IMG/VR virus record: IMGVR_UViG_3300011989_000257
Span: 96,001 to 160,000 of that record
DNA from: a virus
Taxonomy: Duplodnaviria; Caudoviricetes
Length of the DNA: 64,000 nt
Reading direction: 5' to 3' (one strand)
Position 1 is the stretch's first letter; each line of letters begins with the position of its first letter. The position numbers and the translations under genes are program-made. The notes under the pieces are model-generated. The model was not told the origin of the DNA. It ran no database searches and was given only the letters and a program-made list of their open reading frames with translations. This document shows positions 40,701-48,299 of this stretch, piece by piece.

Positions 40701-42665
40701 TATTCTAAATGTCAAATAGTCATTTTCATAATGGTGTACTGGACTATATTCACAGTTTTGCGTTACAACAGAACTTACACGTCCTCTATATGATGAATAT
40801 GTTTCAACAAGAGTATCAGCAGTAATTACTATTGGAGTAGTATAAACTTGATAAGTTCCTTCTTGGTTTAATCTATAATTTATGGTTGCACTTGCTGTTG
40901 CACAAGCCAAAGATATTTCCTCTCCATTGAAGATAACAGTTGGGGCTACCAATACAACAGGGCTATAAGTACACGTTTCCTTTGCAGTATGTCCAACCTC
41001 AGTTCCAACTTGGGCATATGCCTCAACAACTGTTGTTGCTGTTATCTCAAACGAATCTGTATATGCACTATATGTTCCAGTTTCGTTCATTCTATAATAA
41101 AGTTCAGCATCTGTTGTTGCACAAGCAATTGACACATATTCTCCATCACAAGTGATAACTGGTGTTGCGATACCATTATCATATAAGCAGTTCTTACTTA
41201 CAGTATTACTTTTGTCACCATCAACTTCAGCATATGTTTGAACAAGTGTGTCAGCAGTAATCGCTATTGGCTCTGTATACTTAGCATATACGCCAACCTC
41301 ATTAAGCCTATAATAAATGTCAGCACCTACAGTTTCACAAGTTATTGTAACATACTGACCGTTACAATCTATTGTTGGCTCATTAACGTTGGTAAGCTTC
41401 TTAATTGAGAAACTGAATACATCAATATTTGAGAATCTGAATGGGTCTCCGTTTGCATCCAACGCACAGCCAACTGTTGTCTTAATATATTTCAAATCCT
41501 CAATGTCTGGGAATGTATTGTTTGATATATAATTGAACGCATTACCGATTAGTTCATCACAAGTAAACTTATTGGTACTAGCAGTTGGGTCATACACTAT
41601 GTGCAAATTATATTCATATATATTTGATGAACCATTATATTTGTTTGCATTTGTTGTTGTAATTGTTGTGTTCGCATTACTGCCAGTTGAGAACTGTGTA
41701 CCAAGTTGTATATACTTGTTTGCTTGAGATTGTCTTACTTGGAAGCCATACCAAGGCTCTGGTGCTGCCCTCTTTGAATTGATTATGTTATGATGATTAT
41801 CACTTTGATTTGGCGGCTGATTTGTAAAATCTATTGTAAAGTGAATATCCATCACAAAGCCTTGTGTAACATCAAGAGCATAGTATTCAGTATTAACACC
41901 ATCTGACCTAAACTCCTTCACTCCATCTGGATTTCCGCTTGTATCAATATCATATCCAGTGACAATTGTATTGCCGCTTTCATCATACTTGACATCTTGT
42001 GTGCTTACGTTGCCATCAGTATCTCCAGTCATGTTAGTACCATCAGTTGCATTACCATTGGCATCATAGTTTGTCTCATTACTTGTATATGAGCCATCTG
42101 AATTTGTTTCCTTGCTTTTCTCTGTGCTACCAATGACATTTCCTTCACTGTCTGTCACAACTGACTCTACAACCTCAGTTGAAGAACCGTCTTCATTCTC
42201 TGTCACTGTTGTGACAACTGTTGTGGTGTTTCCGCTTTCATCAGTTACAACCTCAGTTGTTGTTTCAGCAGAAGAACCACTTTGATATGTCAATGTTATT
42301 TCCTTCGTTGCAGTTTGACCATTATATGCCGCTTGTATTGTAACAGGAGATTCACTTGCTGTAGATGAAATTGTAATCTTACCGTTTGTTGCATCTATCG
42401 TTGCATAATCAGAACCACTTATAATGCTCCATACGGCAGATGATGTGACATCATTACCACCGCACATTGCGTTATATTTACAGGTTTCAGCAATTATTTC
42501 TGACGCTCCTTCTATAACCAAAGTGCATGTTGGAGATGGTTTACCAGCTGTTATATACGTCTTACTATCTCCAGAACAATATGATATATTTGGAACTACA
42601 GCACCTTCTTGTGCCATATATTCAATGTAATCATTTGTGTAATTAAATATCCTAAAATATTTCAT
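37740..42665 (-). CDS. 1641-aa multidomain protein: shared N-terminal module, Ig-like, Thr-rich region, Fn3/chitobiase-like repeats, LRR-like, C-terminal GH2 glycoside hydrolase
   Basis: PHLWNG.PDPYLY, FLLNG.PY.LRG..MHDD, LRLAHYPH, YNHP.IFFWGLSNE (acid/base), SEYG (nucleophile), NNKGLV.RD..TKKD.FY.YKA.W. Confidence 0.88.
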   Translation of the reverse strand: MKYFRIFNYTNDYIEYMAQEGAVVPNISYCSGDSKTYITAGKPSPTCTLVIEGASEIIAETCKYNAMCGGNDVTSSAVWSIISGSDYATIDATNGKITISSTASESPVTIQAAYNGQTATKEITLTYQSGSSAETTTEVVTDESGNTTTVVTTVTENEDGSSTEVVESVVTDSEGNVIGSTEKSKETNSDGSYTSNETNYDANGNATDGTNMTGDTDGNVSTQDVKYDESGNTIVTGYDIDTSGNPDGVKEFRSDGVNTEYYALDVTQGFVMDIHFTIDFTNQPPNQSDNHHNIINSKRAAPEPWYGFQVRQSQANKYIQLGTQFSTGSNANTTITTTNANKYNGSSNIYEYNLHIVYDPTASTNKFTCDELIGNAFNYISNNTFPDIEDLKYIKTTVGCALDANGDPFRFSNIDVFSFSIKKLTNVNEPTIDCNGQYVTITCETVGADIYYRLNEVGVYAKYTEPIAITADTLVQTYAEVDGDKSNTVSKNCLYDNGIATPVITCDGEYVSIACATTDAELYYRMNETGTYSAYTDSFEITATTVVEAYAQVGTEVGHTAKETCTYSPVVLVAPTVIFNGEEISLACATASATINYRLNQEGTYQVYTTPIVITADTLVETYSSYRGRVSSVVTQNCEYSPVHHYENDYLTFRITSAGTICWKSVGSGYAKTIEYSLNGGEWTSITAASSPTAINVVADDVIRFKGTNTTYAGSKSNYASFGKDTSGSTDIGSTAHFVAEGNVMSLIYGDNFIGNTAMTRTYNFCSLFKRTNIESAENLVLPALTLTEYCYRALFSWCTYLTKAPQLPATTLAKGVYWYMFENCAIVEAPELLAEHLVAECYGNMFTGCTSLNYIKCMAIDGFNTTNCKQNWTSGVASSGTFVKDSGVSVDTWTRGANGIPKNWLVYDDVPVVPPTITYDGFSEITLTCETQGADIYYRLNNTGEYSAYTTAITITADTIIQTYSELNGQESRTVSQTCQYVSDVPIEYSNRDLKKWNYGGNEITTPYSVNAIDGHSSNYAKGTFNFETSFALSGAQPTYLWFQHADHSASIYVDDTLVEKHWGGYAAFTTDISNYVHSGSNTVKVVIKNNEGNYVAPAAGDFNFNATLGNVRLLTSPYVPAMKYGYDGFHITSTVSDAEATVNIMTSVPTGATLVCKIDDGNTNIYSATSASTGEEMTFTKVIANPHLWNGKPDPYLYTVTLEIYGGNDLYHRFVRPYGLRYYEYVINDTEKVGTDENPYTGFLLNGSPYLLRGCCMHDDIEGRANALTETDYNNTFATIQELGLNFLRLAHYPHPKEVYDRCDALGIVVQTEGPCVNKLQSTMPEDYYTHLTGQYTDMVNQHYNHPCIFFWGLSNETTTDDKAFGKQKVEEYTALIKRLDSERMVGYVLAQSPGTSPSAYYNDPSNVDWFGCNIYVGWYDSPNSNTPVSQINTRLNNTINRVGKPMAYSEYGCGGTQRCHSDDFMNTTTRGNHERHDIEYMMWLHEGHIATIKQYPQLMFTSQWQLFDIAVANRNEGYTVCLDGENTSIDDELRRLNNKGLVERDHVTKKDTFYLYKAWWNQTDKFVHICQKNYTKMTDRVIKCYTNQTTDFALKVNGTTVETKAATDNILTFTGHTFSSGDVVTVESGNISDTFTFE

Positions 42666-42769
42666 ATATAAAATTCATTTCTCTATAAATATTTTCCCAA
42701 GAATAAAAAAATGGATAACCCATACAGATTATCCATTTTAATATAAAGAGTTATTTAAAGAAACTTAGA

Positions 42770-44548
42770 TTATGCATAGTAGCCACAATCTAATCCGTCG
42801 AATTTAAGCGTAATGCCACCATTATTGCTTGTTTCAACTATAATTGGGGTTTCTGCTGCGCCAGTAGAAGGAGCGCTAGATAATGTTAATGCAGCAACAT
42901 TATCAGTTACTGTGACGCCACTTCCATTAACTGTAATACCACTTATATATTCATCTTCAACCTTATCAAGTCTTGTATCAAGGTCATTCAATGCCTCAGC
43001 GGTAACTCTCTCGTTCTCAGTGATAACGGCATTTGTCTTCTCAAATGCAGTTGCAATTGAATCAGATGTAGCAATACCACTCAATGCACTAGCAGAATCA
43101 GCAGAGAATCCACTCATCTGAATCTTGTCAGCATCAGTTGCAAGGTCAATTTCCTTTGTACCATCAGCAACATTTCCTGGAGTTACCGTTACACTGCCAT
43201 TGGCTGATTTAACATCTGTAATTGTCTTTGCACTAAGTGCTGCAAGGTCATCAGCGTTTGCGATGTTATCTTCCTCAACATTTACAGTTGTGATAACACC
43301 ATCTGCCTCAACTACGTTAACTTTAATATGCTCTGTAGTACCACTTACATCTGCATCAAGGCCACTAACAGCAGTATTAATTGCGTCTTGTACACCAGCA
43401 AGTTTGAAGCCATCAGCACCAACAGTCAAGAATGACTCAGAAGTTTGGTCAACAACACCGTGAGCAATACCATCTGTTACAGTTACACCACTTGCGAACT
43501 CAGTTTCAAGAACAAGTTCTGACATATCAACATATGTGGTCTGAGTGTTACCGCTTGCATCAATGTATACATACTCAAGATTCTGAGCGTGTTCACCTTC
43601 TGTAATATAAGTAATGCTTACAATGTGGCTGTCCTTGTAAATCTGAACTGGAGCACCAATTGTATTGCCGCTAGCACCAATAAGACGATATTCTTCCTTA
43701 ACTATTTCAGAAAGACCAGTAGTTACCTTCTGAATTGTCAATAGTGAACTAACCGTTTTATTGTTCTGTGCATCAGCAGCAGAAATGTGAATTGTGTCCT
43801 CATCGCCAACATACTGCGTAAGTGCAGCAGAAGCAACACTAATCACACCAGTATCAGTATCGGCAACAAGAGTTTCGCCATCGATATTAACCTTGAAGTC
43901 AACACCATTACCTTCTACCAAATCACTGATTACAACAGTCTTATCAGAAGATTCGATAGTACCCTTAGTGACAGCAATTTCACCCTTGTCCTCAGATACA
44001 CTCATTACAACCTTCTTAGACTCAACCTCGCCAGTTACAGTTGGAAGGGTTGCTGTTGTTGCAGATACAATACCATCAGACTGTGTTACGTTTGTTACAT
44101 AAACACCTGTACCAGTTGTAACACCAGTGTAATCCATCTGACTCTTTAATTCATCAGCGTATCTCTTAGCACCTTCAACAGATGTCTCAGCACTTGTTGA
44201 ACTGCCATTACCACTTAAAGCAGTAAGTTGTGCTGTAACTGTCTCTGAAGCACCAGAGCCAATGCCGTTACCAAGTTTTGCATTAATCTCTTTTCTTAAT
44301 GCCTCAACGTCCTCGCTTCCACCTTCAACGTCAATGATTGTCAAGTGGTGTGTTTCACCTACCACTGCGACATATCCAACGATTGTCTTAACCTCACCAC
44401 TTACGGTGTAACGAGCAAGCAATGAAGTACCGTCTTCTGCTATACCCTTATTGTTCTCCAAAGCGGTACGTGCGGCTTCACGTGACTCAAAAGGATTTTG
44501 GTTTCTTAAGAACTTAACGTTCTCTACATTGTTTTTAATTATAGCCAT
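42770..44548 (-). CDS. virion fibre/structural protein
   Basis: V/T/S/G-rich; shares N-terminus with 30295-32115 and the ENE.V...AL.DLD neck motif with 32975-36742. Confidence 0.65.
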   Translation of the reverse strand: MAIIKNNVENVKFLRNQNPFESREAARTALENNKGIAEDGTSLLARYTVSGEVKTIVGYVAVVGETHHLTIIDVEGGSEDVEALRKEINAKLGNGIGSGASETVTAQLTALSGNGSSTSAETSVEGAKRYADELKSQMDYTGVTTGTGVYVTNVTQSDGIVSATTATLPTVTGEVESKKVVMSVSEDKGEIAVTKGTIESSDKTVVISDLVEGNGVDFKVNIDGETLVADTDTGVISVASAALTQYVGDEDTIHISAADAQNNKTVSSLLTIQKVTTGLSEIVKEEYRLIGASGNTIGAPVQIYKDSHIVSITYITEGEHAQNLEYVYIDASGNTQTTYVDMSELVLETEFASGVTVTDGIAHGVVDQTSESFLTVGADGFKLAGVQDAINTAVSGLDADVSGTTEHIKVNVVEADGVITTVNVEEDNIANADDLAALSAKTITDVKSANGSVTVTPGNVADGTKEIDLATDADKIQMSGFSADSASALSGIATSDSIATAFEKTNAVITENERVTAEALNDLDTRLDKVEDEYISGITVNGSGVTVTDNVAALTLSSAPSTGAAETPIIVETSNNGGITLKFDGLDCGYYA

Positions 44549-44629
44549 AATTTTTTAAATGTTTATTAATTTATTCTAATTTTATGTTAATAATAAATAT
44601 TTCATTGCTATACAAAAGTATAACATTTA

Positions 44630-45379
44630 TTATTGTTCTACCTTAGTCCAATTGTACTTGCCTAAGTAATAATCATCTGTACTCATCCATGTATCATAAC
44701 CACTGCTACCACTTGGTACTGTTAATGTACCACCTGTCTTAACATTTAGGAATGTATTACTTTGTATTGTAGGAGCAGTCATAGCATTAGACACTATATT
44801 TGTAAGGCTACCGTTACTATCGAAAGCGCTAGAGCCAATGCTTGTAACGCTATCAGGTATAGTTATACTTGTTAAATTATAACAGCCACTGAAAGCAGCC
44901 TCACCAATATTTGTAACACTATCAGGTATATCTATACTTATTAAACCACTACAACTAATGAAAACAGCTTTACTAATATTTATAACACCATTTGGTATAA
45001 TAACTTCTATCAAATTACCATTACTAAACACAGGCGTTTGATTACCTAATTTGGTTTTATCATATAATTCATACTTAACTGTATGAACACCTGTTGTGTC
45101 AAATGTATACTCAGTCACAAGCTCATCTAACATAACACCATCAATCTCCATTGACTTAAATATATTCTGCTCAAAGTTTGTTCTTAATGCTGTTGGATTG
45201 CTTGTATCAGTCACATTATACACCGCAATCAACTTTGGGTCAGAAGGTGGTTCTGGACTTGATGGGTTATATTCCACTCCATTTGTCTCATCAATCAATG
45301 ACACATTTGGTAACATTAAGCTACTCTGTGCTGCCTCATAAGCAGCCTGTGTCGCAAATTCTCTTAAATAAACTGCCAT
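44630..45379 (-). CDS. short BspA/LRR_5 protein with shared N-terminal module; paralogue of 28137-30203
   Basis: 3-4 LRRs; near-identical cap VKTGGTLTVPSGSSGY..WMST..YYLG.YNW.KVEQ. Confidence 0.85.
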   Translation of the reverse strand: MAVYLREFATQAAYEAAQSSLMLPNVSLIDETNGVEYNPSSPEPPSDPKLIAVYNVTDTSNPTALRTNFEQNIFKSMEIDGVMLDELVTEYTFDTTGVHTVKYELYDKTKLGNQTPVFSNGNLIEVIIPNGVINISKAVFISCSGLISIDIPDSVTNIGEAAFSGCYNLTSITIPDSVTSIGSSAFDSNGSLTNIVSNAMTAPTIQSNTFLNVKTGGTLTVPSGSSGYDTWMSTDDYYLGKYNWTKVEQ

Positions 45380-45434
45380 AATTTTCTTAAATATTTAATC
45401 TGTTATTATTATTTCATTTTATAATGTCCTCATA

Positions 45435-45533
45435 TCAAAGTGGAAATACTTGCACGCTTGGAACAACGAACTCTTCTGAAGCAATATATTCCAAATATTC
45501 CTCGTGATTATTAAACAATCTTAGATATTTCAT
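45435..45533 (-). pseudogene. orphan 32-aa N-terminal module without payload
   Basis: MKYLRLFNNHEEYLEYIASEEFVVPSVQVFPL*; TATTTATA 21 nt upstream. Confidence 0.65.
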
Positions 45534-45613
45534 ACTTTAACTTTTTTCTTTCTCTATAAATATCATAAGGAATATAAAAAAGAGCAATCATTAAGTTGAT
45601 TGCTCTTGATATA

Positions 45614-46372
45614 TTATTCACCAATAACACCACGAACGGGGTAGGCGATATAGCGGCTGCTGTAGACATTACAAGTCACGTAGCCACTGTTGTTGAAGTT
45701 CAAGGTGTAAGCGTTCTTAACATTATTGCTGTAAAGTGAACTTGACCGATAGTTGCCGATACTACCTACAAACTTAACACTACCATCATTACACCTGCCA
45801 GCAGCAGGGAAGAACAATGTCTTGGAAGAGTCAGTTTTATCTGTAAACATTATACCACTAACTGTTACATTATCAATAGTGATTGAAGTCCAAGCATTAG
45901 TTGTCGCATCAATCAATGATTGAAACTCATCTTTTGTTGGCATTCTCCAACTGCCACCCAAATTGGCTATTACAGCATCATCAACAGATTCAAGCACTGT
46001 CTTGCCATCACTTGAGTTATACTTGGTTATATCACTTTCAGAACCGTTTGCAAGTTCATAATCAGCCCAACTGAATACCCTGCAACCACCAGTCACTTGG
46101 TCAGCAGTGAAACCATTAACGCCACCCCAAGAAAAATACTGACCATAGTCAGTTATTGTCTTTGCACCAACGTTCTTTGTTGCCCACTTAACACCACCAA
46201 TCTTAACCCATTCATAAGTGGTTTCGACCTTCTCACTTATGCAAGGGTCAACCCAAGGTTTATAATGTACAGCATTATTATCCAAGGTCAATGATACATT
46301 AGGTAGAATCAACCCACTTTCCGCTGCTTCATAAGCGGCTTGTGTTTCAAATTGTTTTAAATAAATTGCCAT
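45614..46372 (-). CDS. C-type-lectin-like protein C with shared N-terminal module
   Basis: KWATKNVGA...WRMPT...NYRSSS...PVRGV. Confidence 0.8.
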   Translation of the reverse strand: MAIYLKQFETQAAYEAAESGLILPNVSLTLDNNAVHYKPWVDPCISEKVETTYEWVKIGGVKWATKNVGAKTITDYGQYFSWGGVNGFTADQVTGGCRVFSWADYELANGSESDITKYNSSDGKTVLESVDDAVIANLGGSWRMPTKDEFQSLIDATTNAWTSITIDNVTVSGIMFTDKTDSSKTLFFPAAGRCNDGSVKFVGSIGNYRSSSLYSNNVKNAYTLNFNNSGYVTCNVYSSRYIAYPVRGVIGE

Positions 46373-46488
46373 AATTCTTTATTTGATATTTTTAATAAAT
46401 TATTTTCATTATAGATAAATATTTCACGCATAAACAAAAATGGGATAACCAATCAAGATTATCCCATTTATTATAGATTATGCATTCA

Positions 46489-48264
46489 TTAAGCATCCTT
46501 CTTAACTGTATATACAGTACTATCGCCATCTTGTGATATCTCAACGTGATAACCTTCAGCAACAAAGTTCGTATGCTCACCTTCAGCACTATTATCAGCA
46601 GGGTTGAAGTCATAGAACTTACCACCAGTTACAACAATCTTTGCAGTACCTGCTTTATAGTTTGCATCATAACAGTTCAATAAGAATTTCTTATCCTCAC
46701 CGTTGTTCTTGAATATACCATCTGTGATATTGATAGTTCCAAGGTAACAGTAAATCAACTCGCCACCACTTCTATCAGTAGTATATGTTGGTCTTCCAAA
46801 CATTGTTCCGCTAAGTGTAACAACACAGTCAGCGCCATCAGTCTCAACCGCAACACGTCCACCAGCATCTATTGTACCGCTACCGCCAATGTTAACCTGC
46901 TGCTTATTTCTGAACATCATAGCTGGGCTGCTTGTTGAAGAGCCAGTGAATGTTACAGTCTTACCGCCAAGATTCAACTTAACAATGTTCTTTGCTGTTA
47001 TACCTGCTGTAATAGTACCAGTAGTAATATCCTCAGTCAACTTAGCCTCACCACTCTTACTCTTCAACATAGTATCCAATGTACTGTCTGCTGGGATAGA
47101 ATAAGTAGTTGCATAGTAAAGGTCAAGTACCATATCATTCAATCTGTCATATGCTGCCTGGATTTCATCTATTTCTGCATCCTTTGTTGCAAGCAATTCA
47201 TCAACATCTTCCTTTGTATAGGTTGTTTCCTTGTCAGCCTTCAAGTCAATTGCTGCCTGCAAATCTGTTTCAGCAGATATTGCCCTTTCTTTCTCTGCTT
47301 CAATGCTTTCGGTAACTGCGCTAGCATCTGCCTTTGTTGCAATTATTGCATCTTGTGCTTCATCTGCTGCGATTCTTGCAGTTTCTTCTGTTGCGATTGC
47401 AGTCACATTTGCATCAATGCCAGCTTGCAAAGCATCATCCTTTCCGTCAACCTCACCCTTTGTATAGAAATCAGTTGGAATCTCAGATTTATCAGCCTTA
47501 AGTGCAAGTGCTGCATCAACATCTGCCGAATTAGCTTTCAAATTGATTGCATCCTGCAAACCAGTCTCAGCAGAAAGTGCCCTCTGAGCCTCGTTCTCAA
47601 CCTCAGCAGATACATTGTCCACAGCGCCTGAAATAGCCTCGTCAAAAGCCTTTAAAGCGCTTACAGAAGCATCAACTTCTGCTTTAGTTGCAAGATAAGA
47701 AACATCTTGATGCTCTGTTAAATAATTCTTACTCTCAACCCATGCTTCTGTCGCATATCCATCCAATGAAGGAATGTCTGCCTTATCCGCTTTAGTTTCT
47801 AATTTGGCATCAACATCAGCAATCTTTGCATAGTCATCCAAATCACTAACGTTTGCTTTTTCGTTTAAAAAGCCATCAACCTCATCTTTTGTATAATACA
47901 AATCTTTATTAAACAATTCTTTTAGGTCAATGTCAATTTCTTCTTTTCCACTTTCAGTATTGAAAATTATTCTTAGGGTAGTGCCATCAAGCTCAACAGA
48001 TTCAATCATTCCATCTTTGACGAAATCTATTGCGTCAATTTCTGCAACTTTATTTCCGTTTGCTGTAAAAACAATTTTTTTGGAATCGCTGTCATATTTA
48101 GCCTCATCAAATTTTGCATTTTTGAGTTCATCAATGTCTTTAAATTCCTTTTCATCATTCTTTTTACTTTCAGCTAACTCATTGTCAACTATTGTTTTCT
48201 TACTAATGTAATCGTTTTCGTCCCTGTAACCCCAAGGCTCATACATTCTAGTTCTTCTTTTCAT
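46489..48264 (-). CDS. coiled-coil fibre protein with beta-helix-like tip
   Basis: YTK.EVD, KADK, E..RA..AE repeats; IDA.DF.KDGM motif shared with 32975-36742. Confidence 0.7.
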   Translation of the reverse strand: MKRRTRMYEPWGYRDENDYISKKTIVDNELAESKKNDEKEFKDIDELKNAKFDEAKYDSDSKKIVFTANGNKVAEIDAIDFVKDGMIESVELDGTTLRIIFNTESGKEEIDIDLKELFNKDLYYTKDEVDGFLNEKANVSDLDDYAKIADVDAKLETKADKADIPSLDGYATEAWVESKNYLTEHQDVSYLATKAEVDASVSALKAFDEAISGAVDNVSAEVENEAQRALSAETGLQDAINLKANSADVDAALALKADKSEIPTDFYTKGEVDGKDDALQAGIDANVTAIATEETARIAADEAQDAIIATKADASAVTESIEAEKERAISAETDLQAAIDLKADKETTYTKEDVDELLATKDAEIDEIQAAYDRLNDMVLDLYYATTYSIPADSTLDTMLKSKSGEAKLTEDITTGTITAGITAKNIVKLNLGGKTVTFTGSSTSSPAMMFRNKQQVNIGGSGTIDAGGRVAVETDGADCVVTLSGTMFGRPTYTTDRSGGELIYCYLGTINITDGIFKNNGEDKKFLLNCYDANYKAGTAKIVVTGGKFYDFNPADNSAEGEHTNFVAEGYHVEISQDGDSTVYTVKKDA

Positions 48265-48299
48265 TGTGATATGATATTTTATAAAAATTATTATCTGAA

